This document shows, in pieces, positions 19,815-29,458 of a stretch of 38,875 bases of DNA; within the stretch, counting starts at the first letter, position 1; each line of letters opens with the position of its first letter. A program made the translations under genes and the position numbers. The stretch spans positions 1-38,875 of the forward strand of contig QNFC01000001.1 of the NCBI GenBank assembly GCA_003645395.1, written 5' to 3'. The stretch comes from Gammaproteobacteria bacterium. GTDB taxonomy: Bacteria > Pseudomonadota > Gammaproteobacteria > Immundisolibacterales > Immundisolibacteraceae. The notes under the pieces are model-generated. The model was not told where the DNA came from. It worked only from the letters and a program-made list of their open reading frames with translations, and searched no databases.

Positions 19815-21395
19815 TTAGCGCTCTCGAACTGCCAAAAACCGTATTTCTGGCCAACGTTCTTCCGTAAGGCTGAGATTAACGTTACTGGGCGCGATATAAG
19901 TTAGATCATCGCTGCCATCGATTGCTAGATTAATCTCAGCCTTCTTTTTAAACTCCTGCAACATTTTAGGATCGTCACACTCTACCCAACGAGCGGTGGC
20001 CACACCCACTGGTTCGAACTGACAGTCGACGCCGTATTCGTCCTTTAACCGATAAGCGGCCACTTCAAACTGCAACACCCCAACCGCACCCAGAATCAAA
20101 TCGTTGCTAATCAACGGCCTGTAAAGTTGAGTTGCGCCCTCTTCCGCTAACTGCTTGAGCCCTTTCAATAGAGCTTTCATTTTCAACGGATCTTTTAATT
20201 GCGCCCGACGAAATAACTCCGGAGCGAAATTGGGGATGCCCTGAAACTTCAGCACCTCTCCCTCACTAAAAGTGTCACCAATACGGATAGTTCCGTGATT
20301 GTGAAGACCGATGATATCGCCGGCAAACGCCTCATCGGCGTGCTCCCGGTCACCCGCAAGAAAGGTGATGGCATTAGAAACCGCCATGTCACGTGCCAGA
20401 CGCACGTGGCGCATTTTCATGCCCTTGTGATAGCGACCTGAACAGATACGCAGAAAGGCGATGCGATCACGATGCGCCGGATCCATGTTCGCCTGAATCT
20501 TAAATACAAAACCGGAAAATTTCGGCTCTTGCGGCTCAACCACCCGCTCCAGCGCTTCTCGCGGTTGTGGTCCTGGGGCAAAATCAAGAATCGCATCCAG
20601 AAACACTTGCACGCCAAAATTATTGATTGCCGAACCAAAATAAACCGGCGTCTGCTTACCAGCCAGATAGGCTGGCAAGTTAAACTCCGGACAGGCTCCC
20701 CTTACCAGCTCAATTTCTTCTCGATATTCCTCAATTTCATCTGCATCCATCACCTCTAGCAACCGTGGGTGATCCAGACCATCCAGCACTTCCACCCCAG
20801 TGGCCGATGAATTCTTGCCGTCAAAAAGATGCACTTCATCACGCTGAAGGTGATAAATCCCTTTAAACCGCTTACCCATGCCGATAGGCCAGGTGACTGG
20901 CGTCGCCTCAATCCCCAGTACTCGTTCGATCTCATCGAGCAGGTCAATCGGATCGCGCCCTTCGCGATCGAGCTTGTTAATAAAACTCAGCACTGGCGTA
21001 TCGCGCAGGCGACAGACCTCCATCAATTTTATAGTCCGTGCTTCGACGCCCTTGGCCACGTCAATTACCATCAGTGCACTATCAACCGCTGTGAGCACCC
21101 GGTAAGTATCTTCAGAAAAATCGGCATGCCCCGGCGTATCCAGCAGGTTCACCGTCACATCCCGGTAGGGAAACTGCATCACCGAGGCGGTAACCGAAAT
21201 CCCCCGCTCTTTTTCCAGAGCCATCCAGTCAGAAGTCGCATGGCGGCTCGCTTTACGACCTTTAACCGTTCCTGCCTGCTGAATGGCGCCACCAAACAAC
21301 AGCAGCTTTTCGGTCAGGGTCGTCTTGCCGGCATCCGGATGAGAAATAATCGCGAAGGTGCGGCGTTGAGATTCTGGAGAACTGGAGTCGTTCAT
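19815..21395 (-). CDS. prfC: Peptide chain release factor 3
   Basis: 526 aa. [37 protein letters not shown] and NKLDR GTPase motifs. Confidence 0.95.
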   Translation of the reverse strand: MNDSSSPESQRRTFAIISHPDAGKTTLTEKLLLFGGAIQQAGTVKGRKASRHATSDWMALEKERGISVTASVMQFPYRDVTVNLLDTPGHADFSEDTYRVLTAVDSALMVIDVAKGVEARTIKLMEVCRLRDTPVLSFINKLDREGRDPIDLLDEIERVLGIEATPVTWPIGMGKRFKGIYHLQRDEVHLFDGKNSSATGVEVLDGLDHPRLLEVMDADEIEEYREEIELVRGACPEFNLPAYLAGKQTPVYFGSAINNFGVQVFLDAILDFAPGPQPREALERVVEPQEPKFSGFVFKIQANMDPAHRDRIAFLRICSGRYHKGMKMRHVRLARDMAVSNAITFLAGDREHADEAFAGDIIGLHNHGTIRIGDTFSEGEVLKFQGIPNFAPELFRRAQLKDPLKMKALLKGLKQLAEEGATQLYRPLISNDLILGAVGVLQFEVAAYRLKDEYGVDCQFEPVGVATARWVECDDPKMLQEFKKKAEINLAIDGSDDLTYIAPSNVNLSLTEERWPEIRFLAVRER

Positions 21396-21489
21396 GGTCT
21401 GCTTCTATTCGCTAATGACGGCGTTGCAGCAGAATGCTGACAACCTGTTTAACTCGTTTATAGATGAACGGCCTTGTGCAAAACCCTTC

Positions 21490-22128
21490 CTAATCAGGTG
21501 AAACCAAAACCTGATCAAGACACTTAGGACGACTTTCTGGAGCGAGCAGCTGATGCCTCCATTGCTTCAAACTCGCAATATTCTTTGAGAGCACGATTGC
21601 ATCTTCGCACCTGGACTCCGCACGGTAGTAATTCTTACGCAGCCCAATCTGCTCAAAACCGAAGGTTCGATACAACGCCAGGGCGGCCCGATTTGAGGGC
21701 CGTACTTCCAGGTACACAGTCAGCGCATCCAACTCGGCGGTAGTCCTTAAAATAACTTTCAAAAACCAACCAGCATAGCCACAGCCCTGCCGATCCGGGT
21801 CAATACAGAGATTCAATAAATGGGCTTCGCCGGCAGCAACAGCAACCAGTGAATAACCCAGTAACTGCTTCTTGTCCCAAATCAGATGGCAGCTGTAGCC
21901 GGCGCCTAAACAATCAGCAAATACCGCATGCTTCCATGGAAATTGATAAGCTCGGGCCTCTATTTCACAAACCCCGGGCAGATCTCCGATCTCCATTTTC
22001 GTCACACGCAACGAGGTCTCATTCACCACCGAAGTTGCAGATAACGATGAAGATCCACCGGTTTCACTGCGCACAACCAAAATCAGTTTACCCCTCTGCA
22101 AGACGCTTATTATAGCGCTCTCGAGCAA
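21490..22128 (-). CDS. rimI: Ribosomal-protein-alanine N-acetyltransferase (GNAT)
   Basis: The GNAT core (LLNLCIDPDRQGCGYAGWFL...YLEVRPSNRAALALYRTFGF) aligns with E. coli RimI. Coordinates give the longest ORF (TTG at 22128), which overlaps the UDG gene by 41 nt. The real start is probably internal, with candidates TTG 22080, GTG 22029 and ATG 21996. Confidence 0.8.
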   Translation of the reverse strand: MLESAIISVLQRGKLILVVRSETGGSSSLSATSVVNETSLRVTKMEIGDLPGVCEIEARAYQFPWKHAVFADCLGAGYSCHLIWDKKQLLGYSLVAVAAGEAHLLNLCIDPDRQGCGYAGWFLKVILRTTAELDALTVYLEVRPSNRAALALYRTFGFEQIGLRKNYYRAESRCEDAIVLSKNIASLKQWRHQLLAPESRPKCLDQVLVSPD

Positions 22129-22831
22129 AACAGAGGTCGTCCCAAACTTTCATTTTTTCCAGCGGAGCACGTAGCAGATAGGCTGGGTGATAAGTCACCA
22201 CCACCGGAATTTCATTCTCACCAAAACTCAATTCGCGACCGCGTAATTTCCCTACGGACTCATCCGTAGAAAGCAGCGCGTGTGCGGCAACTCGACCGAC
22301 AACAATAATAATTTTAGGTTGCAACAGTGCTATTTGGCGCAGGAGATAATCGTTACACGCTACCCGCTCTGCCGCGAGGGGGTCTCGGTTACCCGGCGGA
22401 CGACACTTTATTACGTTGGCAATATATATCTGATTACGAGTTAAGTTTATTGCCCGCAACATGTTGTCCAGCAACTGCCCAGCGCGGCCTACAAAGGGCT
22501 CGCCACGTAGATCTTCTTCTTGCCCCGGCGCCTCACCAATAATCAACCAGTCTGCTGACTCACTACCAACACCGAACACAGTCTGCGTTCGTTGCGCATG
22601 AAGCTCACAGGATTGACACTCCGCGACCCGCTGCCTCAGTTGCTGCCAATTCAATTGGCCAACCGCCTGGACTTGATTAACCTCCGGGACCCGCGTGGGC
22701 TCACCGGGTAAGGTCGTCGGCGTCGCTTTAGCAACGCCAGTTTCAACTTTACGTAGTTGCCAAACGGGGATCTCCAACGCGGCAAGCACCTGACGTTTTA
22801 AAAGTGGCAAATCGAGTTTCTCTGTCAACAA
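22088..22831 (-). CDS. Family 4 uracil-DNA glycosylase with ~90-aa N-terminal extension
   Basis: 247 aa. Family-4 motif [24 protein letters not shown] and a C-terminal HPAYLLR-type motif. The TTG start lies 11 nt after the stop of the upstream PP2C-FGE gene. Confidence 0.85.
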   Translation of the reverse strand: MLTEKLDLPLLKRQVLAALEIPVWQLRKVETGVAKATPTTLPGEPTRVPEVNQVQAVGQLNWQQLRQRVAECQSCELHAQRTQTVFGVGSESADWLIIGEAPGQEEDLRGEPFVGRAGQLLDNMLRAINLTRNQIYIANVIKCRPPGNRDPLAAERVACNDYLLRQIALLQPKIIIVVGRVAAHALLSTDESVGKLRGRELSFGENEIPVVVTYHPAYLLRAPLEKMKVWDDLCFARERYNKRLAEG

Positions 22832-22842
22832 AAGATCGTCGA

Positions 22843-24810
22843 CTAGTCGAGTTCGCGGACCACGCGGAACCCCAGGTTGTCCTGACGCACGTTTGCCCCC
22901 ATGCCACCCCGCTTTGCAACTCGGCCATTATCTGCCGGGTTACTCCACGATCCACCACGTATAACCCTCTCTTCACAGTCCGTCTGTTGCCAGCTACTAC
23001 CATCGACTGGAGCATTGACGTAGTTTTTATGCATGCAGTCAGACACCCATTCCAGGACATTACCGGCTGTGTCGTGAAGACCCCAGGGATTGGCAGAAAA
23101 ACTGCCCACGGGAGCCGTTTCAACACCATCCCATTTGCTCCCGCAACCCCAGCAATTGGCGCGGCCATCTCCAGCTTCACGCCCCCACCAGTAAGGCTCA
23201 GTGGTACCGGCGCGTGCTGCGTACTCCCATTCCGATTCACTGGGTAGCCGATAACGATGACCAGTCTGGGTTGATAACCAGGCTACGTATGCCCGTGCAT
23301 CATCCCAACTGACATTAATAACCGGCCGCTGATTACGCCCCCAACCCATATCTGCAGGACGACGGCGACCGACTGCTGCCGCAAACGCGCCGTACTCCAT
23401 GAAAGTAATTTCGTTCACCGACATCGCAAACCCCGGCACCACAACCTGTCTCGCTGGCCGCTCACCAAAAATCGGTGATAGAGATGAACTCCCCTGAGTA
23501 AATTTGCCCGCATGAAGCACCACCAATAGGGGGCCTTTAGCACCGTTTTTCAGCTCATCTTGCAAATTATTCTGTAGCAGCTGCTTATCTGACTTCGATT
23601 GAGCAACCGGTACGACAGCCTCTGTAACGCGTGAAGACGGCTTAGCCTGCGGCTGTTTGGGACTTACGGTTGGCCTTTGTGACCTGGCCTGGTCTGAGCC
23701 ACCGGCAGTCACCGGAGCGGAGCGTTCGCCAGACAGGAAGAAATAACCACCAGCTATTAATAACAAGCCTACAATTACCACACTTATAATAGTTACCTTT
23801 TTGTTGCCGGACTCCGAGGCTGACTGCACTACAGCGACCACAGGCTCGTTAGCGCCACCATCTCCAGGCAGAGGGTTTGAGTCACCTTTCTTCGCCGGCA
23901 GCTCAACAGCGAGGATATCCACCCCTTCCTCTTCAACCGTTTGATCCACCGCGGTGGTTATGTCCTGGGCGGTATCCTCATCCAACCCAGCCAAAATGCT
24001 ATCGCCAACCCAGTCGCCAGGCGTCTCCTGATCCGTATCATCACCACCGCTGCCAATAACATCCACCACCACCACAGTAGTATTATCTTGATTGGATTTA
24101 CCGGCTGCTTCCACGGCGCCCACCAACGCATCAGCCAAAGCCTGCGGAGTGGCTGCGTTTTTAGATAGAAACGGGAAATCATCGCTGCTGATGGTATCGA
24201 GACCATCGCTGGCAACAATCAGCCGATCACCAGCCTGAATCTGATGCGCCTCGTCAGGACAGTCAATCATGGCAACTTCTTCGCCATTGACGTAACTCAT
24301 CAACATGTTGCGGCGTGGCTTAAATCCTGGGGTAGCTGGAATATCCTCTCCGGCAGCGATCAGACGATCTACGTACCCACCATAGCTATGATCATCATTT
24401 TTACGGATGACCTCGCCACCCCGAATTAGATAGAGCAAGCTGTCACCGACACTGATCCAGTGAAGCTCATTTTGGTCAATAGTCAAGGCTACCAACGTAC
24501 AGCCCATGCCCTGAAGTTCCGGTTCTTCACGAGCTCGCCGTAAAACCGCCCGGTTCGCCCCATCCATCGCAGCAAACAAAGCCGACGGAGAGTTATCCAC
24601 CGGATACTGTTTAGAGATAATGTCGACGACTCCCTCGACCACTATCTCACTGGCAACAGCTCCGCCGGCGTGCCCACCCATGCCATCGGCAAGTACCACT
24701 AATGCACGTTTTTTCTCAACATCCTCAGCATCAGGATAAAAAACCTGGTAACAGTCCTCCTGATAGTCCCGCCCACCCTGAATCTGCTTAACGCCTACTT
24801 CGTAATACAT
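22843..24810 (-). CDS. Membrane-spanning fusion protein: N-terminal PP2C-type Ser/Thr phosphatase, acidic linker, one TM helix and a C-terminal FGE-sulfatase (SUMF1/PvdO-like) domain
   Basis: 655 aa. PP2C motifs are GGRDYQEDC, LADGMGGHAGG, GMGCTLV, VASDGL and QDNTTVVVVDV. The TM helix VTIISVVIVGLLLIAGGYFFL is at about nt 23737-23799. FGE-fold motifs are VSWDDARAYVAWL, YRLPSESEWEYAARAG, GNVLEWVSD, RVIRGGSW and LGFRVV. Confidence 0.9.
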   Translation of the reverse strand: MYYEVGVKQIQGGRDYQEDCYQVFYPDAEDVEKKRALVVLADGMGGHAGGAVASEIVVEGVVDIISKQYPVDNSPSALFAAMDGANRAVLRRAREEPELQGMGCTLVALTIDQNELHWISVGDSLLYLIRGGEVIRKNDDHSYGGYVDRLIAAGEDIPATPGFKPRRNMLMSYVNGEEVAMIDCPDEAHQIQAGDRLIVASDGLDTISSDDFPFLSKNAATPQALADALVGAVEAAGKSNQDNTTVVVVDVIGSGGDDTDQETPGDWVGDSILAGLDEDTAQDITTAVDQTVEEEGVDILAVELPAKKGDSNPLPGDGGANEPVVAVVQSASESGNKKVTIISVVIVGLLLIAGGYFFLSGERSAPVTAGGSDQARSQRPTVSPKQPQAKPSSRVTEAVVPVAQSKSDKQLLQNNLQDELKNGAKGPLLVVLHAGKFTQGSSSLSPIFGERPARQVVVPGFAMSVNEITFMEYGAFAAAVGRRRPADMGWGRNQRPVINVSWDDARAYVAWLSTQTGHRYRLPSESEWEYAARAGTTEPYWWGREAGDGRANCWGCGSKWDGVETAPVGSFSANPWGLHDTAGNVLEWVSDCMHKNYVNAPVDGSSWQQTDCEERVIRGGSWSNPADNGRVAKRGGMGANVRQDNLGFRVVRELD

Positions 24811-25179
24811 GAATTTTTATACTTGATAGGTCGAAGACAGGCGTTGACTGAAGGCCACAATAAATTCATTCAAAACTCGAGATTGCCAATAATTTGCCAT
24901 AAATGACGAATTTTTATCGAAGCCAGCATCACAGATACCGATACGGATCTTCGTCAAAGAAATTACTGTGCATTGAAGCGGTTTTAACACCTAAAAAATT
25001 CCCCGTAAATTGAAGTTGGCAAGGTACCATAAATCCCACTATTCGGGTCCACTGCCTGCCCTAGTTGTATGTCGTTCGCCGGTGGCGAACAAGGCTTCTA
25101 GGCAATTAATGGCCCCTCAGCTAACAGGGTCATATTTAATCGGTCAACCTTGATCAAAGCTTTAATTAGTCCTTTGAAC

Positions 25180-25208
25180 CCGTCAGCAATTTTCACGCCA
25201 AGTATAAT
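25180..25208 (+). promoter_or_regulatory. Candidate sigma70 promoter for mfd
   Basis: -35 TTTTCA (25180-25185), a 17-nt spacer, then a perfect -10 TATAAT (25203-25208), about 100 nt upstream of the mfd ATG. Called by pattern only. Confidence 0.25.
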
Positions 25209-25306
25209 ACTCAGCATTTCACAGCCACTAGCCCTCACTATTTATCTCAACGTTACTTTAATGAGACAAGGGGAGCAGGCTTCCCCGTCTCCGGCTACTC
25301 AAATTT

Positions 25307-28300
25307 ATGACTACTAAATCCTTACCCACAGAACTAAAGCCATTCGTTAGTGGCAATCCAACCAGCCCGATTCAATGGCAACCTGGCCATGGTTCTGATA
25401 ATGCCAGGGCTTTAAGCGCTCTGGCCGCTACAAGCAAACGGCCACTACTTGTAATAACGGACTCCATCACCCAGGTTCAACCACTCGCAGACGCGATCGC
25501 TTTTTACAATGGCGCTGACCAGCCCCCACCCATGCTTTTGCCCGACTGGGAAATGCTCCCCTACGACCATTTCTCGCCGGACCAGGAACTGATATCTGAA
25601 CGACTATCTGTGCTTCACCGCCTGCAGGTAATGAAACAGGGCGTAATAATCGTTGCAGTCACCACACTTTCACAGCGGTTAGCCCCTGTTGATTATCTCG
25701 ACCGTTACAGCCTCTGGCTCGACATTGAACAACATATCGACCTGGATGGGTTCAGGGAGAAACTTACCCGGGCCGGCTACACCTTCGTAAACCAGGTAAT
25801 TGCCCACGGCGACTTTACGATCCGCGGAGGCATTATTGATCTCTTCCCGATGGGTAGCAAAGTTCCTTTCCGGATCGAGCTGTTTGATGACCAAGTCGAG
25901 TCAATTCGGACCTTTGATCCGGAAAGCCAACGCTCGAACGAATCACTTGACCAGATCCATTTGTTACCTGGCCGTGAGTTCCCAATAACCGACGAATCAA
26001 TCACCTGCTTTTTCCGTAACTATCAAACTCATCTACAGACCAATGCCAGCCAGGCCTTTCTTTACCGCGAATTAAAAGCTGGGCGTATCCCGGCCGGCAT
26101 CGAGTTTTATCTGCCGCTATTTTTTGAAAAAACCGCTACTTTATTTGATTATTTACCGGCTAACACCGCTCTGTTCTACACCGATGAATGCTTTTCCCAC
26201 GCGGAAAATTTCTGGGAAATGGTCAACGATCGGCGTGAACACCGTCTAGTAGATATTGACCGCCCACCGTTACCTGCAAATGTTCTTTATCAACAGGCAA
26301 ACGAACTTTTTGGCGAATTTAAAAACTGGCCTGCAGTTAAAGTCGGCACTACACCCACCGGCACACCGCTACCGGATGTTCGTGCCGACGCCCATAGCCC
26401 CAAACCGATACAGCGTTTACAAACCTTTGTCGCCGAACAGCCCGGTCGCACGCTACTGGTGGCCGAATCAAATGGTCGCCGCGAAGCCCTACTATCCACC
26501 CTGCGTGGTAGCGGCTTGAAACCAGCCCAGTGCAACGATTGGGAAGATTTCCTGCACAGCGACGCGTCACTTGCAATGACTGTTTCGCCGCTGGTAGAAG
26601 GATTAGATGACCCCCAGGCTGGAATTTTCGTCATCACTGAATCGATGTTATTCGGTGAGCAGGAAATTGCACTTCGCCATGATCGGCACCGCGACCCCGA
26701 CCTGGACGCCATTGTTCGTGATCTCAGCGAGTTGCGAATTGGCGACCCGGTGGTACATGTTGATCACGGCGTAGGACGTTATCAAGGTTTGCAAGTGATG
26801 GACGTTGGCGGGAGTAACGGTGAATTTCTCTGTCTCGAATACGCCGAAACATCGCGCATCTACGTGCCAGTTGCCAAACTGGACATGATTCACCGGTACT
26901 CCGGCAACGCCGGCAGCAATCCACCCCTGCACAAACTAGGCAACTCACAATGGGCCAAAGCACGTAAAAAGGCCCAGGATAAAGCCCACGATGCGGCGGC
27001 AGAATTACTGGAAATCTATGCCCGCCGCGCCGCCAAGCTCGGTCACGCCTATTCACTCGATCTGTCAGATTATCAAACGTTCTCCAACAGTTTTCCCTAC
27101 GAAGAGACACTTGATCAGCGCCGTACAATCGATGAGGTAGTTACCGACCTGCAGGCGCCGCAGCCCATGGACCGAGTAGTCTGTGGCGACGTTGGTTTTG
27201 GTAAAACCGAAGTCGCCATTCGCGCTGCCTATGTGGTAGCCGCGGCCGGCCGTCAGGTTGCGGTACTGGTGCCCACCACGCTTCTGGTACAACAACACAC
27301 TGAGAGTTTTCAAGACCGGTTTGCCGATACTCCGTATCAGATCGCCGGGCTATCGCGCTTTCAAACACCGAAAGAGCAGCAGGCTATCCAGGGCTCAATG
27401 GCATCAGGCAAGGTTGACATCGTCATCGGCACGCAAAAACTGCTTGGAAAGAACATAAAATTCAAAGACCTTGGGCTACTCATCATTGATGAAGAACACC
27501 GTTTTGGTGTTCGCCAAAAAGAACGCTTCAAGGCACTCAGGGCGGAAGTGGATATTCTCAACCTTACCGCCACGCCGATCCCGCGCACCTTGAGTATGGC
27601 TGTATCCGGGTTGCGCGATCTATCAATGATTACTACCCCGCCACAGCGACGCATGCCGGTGAAAACATTTGTTCGCACCTGGGACCCGCTACTTATTAAA
27701 GAAGCCTGTCAACGTGAATTCAGTCGCGGTGGTCAGGTTTACCTGATTCATAACCGCGTTGAATCGATTGAAAAGACCGCGCGGGAAATTGCCGAATTGT
27801 TACCAGATGCCAGCATCCGCACCGCCCATGGGCAACTCCCAGAACGGGCACTCGAGCAGATCATGCTCGATTTTACTCACCAGCGCTTCAATCTATTAAT
27901 TTGCTCGACCATCGTTGAGAGTGGCATCGATGTACCCAGCGCAAACACCATTATCATTGACCGCGCCGACCACCTTGGCCTGGCGCAACTTCACCAGCTG
28001 CGCGGCCGGGTTGGTCGCTCTCACCATCAGGCATATGCCTATATTCTGGTGCCCGACAAAGCCCGGCTCCAGGGCGCAGCACTGCAGCGACTCGAAGCAA
28101 TCGAATCGCTTGGCGATCTGGGCATAGGCTTTAGCCTGGCCACCCACGACCTTGAAATTCGCGGCGCGGGTGAGCTACTCGGTGATAAACAGAGCGGCCG
28201 CATTCAGGAGGTCGGACTGACGCTTTACCACGAGCTGCTGGAACGCGCAGTTGCAGATCTAAAAGCCGACCGGGGATTAGCGATCAAACCCGTGAAACCA

Positions 28301-28759
28301 CAACAAATCGACCTGGACCTGCAACTACCGGCCCTATTACCTGAAGACTACCTGCATGATGTCCACGCCCGACTCGTAATTTATAAGCGCATCGCCGCCT
28401 GTAACAGCGAAGACGCATTGACTGAGCTGCAAGTGGAGCTTATCGACCGTTTTGGCCTGCTACCCGAGCCGGCGAAGAACTGCTTCCGGCTGGCAACCTT
28501 AAAATTACACGCGGCTCGATTGGGAATCAAAGCGATGTCGACAAGCCAGCAATTGTTGACCATCCACTTCGACGCTAATCCGCAAATTGACCTGGAAGCA
28601 CTGATTGGATTAATCCAGAATCGCCCGCGGGAGTTCAGGTTTGACGGCGCCACCCGCCTCGAACAGCGCCTTGGCGAAGAAGGGTTTGAACAACGGTTCG
28701 ATAAAGCCCTTGCGCTGGTTGATCTGCTCACACCGGCCACCGTTGACCAGGCTGCATAG
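25307..28759 (+). CDS. mfd: Transcription-repair coupling factor
   Basis: 1150 aa. It is collinear by eye with E. coli Mfd: UvrB-homology N-terminus, RNAP-interaction domain (GDPVVHVDHGVGRY), superfamily-2 helicase motifs (GDVGFGKTEVA, DEEHRFG, LTATPIPRTL, QLHQLRGRVGRS) and a TRG motif. Confidence 0.97.
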   Translation: MTTKSLPTELKPFVSGNPTSPIQWQPGHGSDNARALSALAATSKRPLLVITDSITQVQPLADAIAFYNGADQPPPMLLPDWEMLPYDHFSPDQELISERLSVLHRLQVMKQGVIIVAVTTLSQRLAPVDYLDRYSLWLDIEQHIDLDGFREKLTRAGYTFVNQVIAHGDFTIRGGIIDLFPMGSKVPFRIELFDDQVESIRTFDPESQRSNESLDQIHLLPGREFPITDESITCFFRNYQTHLQTNASQAFLYRELKAGRIPAGIEFYLPLFFEKTATLFDYLPANTALFYTDECFSHAENFWEMVNDRREHRLVDIDRPPLPANVLYQQANELFGEFKNWPAVKVGTTPTGTPLPDVRADAHSPKPIQRLQTFVAEQPGRTLLVAESNGRREALLSTLRGSGLKPAQCNDWEDFLHSDASLAMTVSPLVEGLDDPQAGIFVITESMLFGEQEIALRHDRHRDPDLDAIVRDLSELRIGDPVVHVDHGVGRYQGLQVMDVGGSNGEFLCLEYAETSRIYVPVAKLDMIHRYSGNAGSNPPLHKLGNSQWAKARKKAQDKAHDAAAELLEIYARRAAKLGHAYSLDLSDYQTFSNSFPYEETLDQRRTIDEVVTDLQAPQPMDRVVCGDVGFGKTEVAIRAAYVVAAAGRQVAVLVPTTLLVQQHTESFQDRFADTPYQIAGLSRFQTPKEQQAIQGSMASGKVDIVIGTQKLLGKNIKFKDLGLLIIDEEHRFGVRQKERFKALRAEVDILNLTATPIPRTLSMAVSGLRDLSMITTPPQRRMPVKTFVRTWDPLLIKEACQREFSRGGQVYLIHNRVESIEKTAREIAELLPDASIRTAHGQLPERALEQIMLDFTHQRFNLLICSTIVESGIDVPSANTIIIDRADHLGLAQLHQLRGRVGRSHHQAYAYILVPDKARLQGAALQRLEAIESLGDLGIGFSLATHDLEIRGAGELLGDKQSGRIQEVGLTLYHELLERAVADLKADRGLAIKPVKPQQIDLDLQLPALLPEDYLHDVHARLVIYKRIAACNSEDALTELQVELIDRFGLLPEPAKNCFRLATLKLHAARLGIKAMSTSQQLLTIHFDANPQIDLEALIGLIQNRPREFRFDGATRLEQRLGEEGFEQRFDKALALVDLLTPATVDQAA

Positions 28760-28862
28760 TGACTACTGGCTTTTTTCTTCAACGCCGACTCTCTTTCTTT
28801 CATGTTCATGGGAATCCTCAGTTGCAGGTTACACCCACCCCGGCCTGGCCATAGCCCCGCTG

Positions 28863-29399
28863 CTAATCTAGTTCGTCTGAAGGTTCCGCTGCACCCAACG
28901 CATCCTCAAAACCAAAATCACGCAAATCAGCTATCCGTTGCGGATAAAGAACTCCATCCAGATGGTCACACTCATGCAACACCACGCGGGCGTGAAACCC
29001 ACTAGCAGAACGGTCGATAACCTGTCCAGCCTCATCCAGCCCACGATAACGAATACCGATCGGGCGAGACACCAGACCACGCATACCAGGTACACTCAAA
29101 CAGCCTTCCCAACCGTCCTCTTCGGTCGAATCGGTGATCTCAATTTCTGGATTAATCAACACTGTGCGTGGCACAGCAAGCGCTTCGGGATAACGCTCGT
29201 TTTGGTCAAATCCAAAGACAACCACCCGAAGATCAATCCCTATTTGTGGCGCCGCCAACCCCACGCCATCAGCGGCCGCCATAGTGTCAAACATGTCTTC
29301 GAGCAAGCTTTCTAGCAAGGATGAGGAACCTTTTTCCACCGGCCTAGCAACCCGCTGTAACCGTGGATCACCCATCCGCAAAATCATTCTAACCGTCAT
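28863..29399 (-). CDS. def: Peptide deformylase
   Basis: 178 aa. All three PDF motifs are present: [18 protein letters not shown] and HECDHLDG. It is not adjacent to fmt here. Confidence 0.9.
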   Translation of the reverse strand: MTVRMILRMGDPRLQRVARPVEKGSSSLLESLLEDMFDTMAAADGVGLAAPQIGIDLRVVVFGFDQNERYPEALAVPRTVLINPEIEITDSTEEDGWEGCLSVPGMRGLVSRPIGIRYRGLDEAGQVIDRSASGFHARVVLHECDHLDGVLYPQRIADLRDFGFEDALGAAEPSDELD

Positions 29400-29458
29400 C
29401 GCTCTGCTCCACTAAATTTGACCAGCATTTTCCCCGGTAGCCACTATACTTACGCCCC

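Noticed and set aside
20829-21440. 203-aa plus-strand ORF. It is the longest of many antisense or alternative-frame ORFs in the track, such as 4057-4467, 5405-5896, 14636-15076, 22749-23240, 26290-26712, 28381-28809 and 31177-31530.
   Set aside because: Each lies fully within a strongly supported conserved gene (prfC, ribB, ribD, pepA, the FGE domain, mfd or hldA). Each has the Arg/Ser/Pro/Ala-rich composition typical of shadow frames and no recognisable motif or RBS.
22846-23538. Annotating the C-terminal domain of the PP2C fusion as a true formylglycine-generating (sulfatase-maturating) enzyme.
   Set aside because: The C-x4-C catalytic pair that follows RGGS(F/W/Y) in bona fide FGEs is absent. 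No sulfatase gene is nearby. The predicted periplasmic location behind a TM helix fits a binding or sensor role better.
25098-25217. 39-codon minus-strand micro-ORF (MLSIILGVKIADGFKGLIKALIKVDRLNMTLLAEGPLIA) in the long mfd-upstream gap. I also looked at a 35-codon plus-strand ORF at 24903 and a 27-codon minus-strand ORF at 24900.
   Set aside because: None has a Shine-Dalgarno sequence at a usable distance or any recognisable family. ORFs of this length are expected by chance in about 500 bp of AT-rich DNA. They are kept only as a possibility under the intergenic-gap finding.
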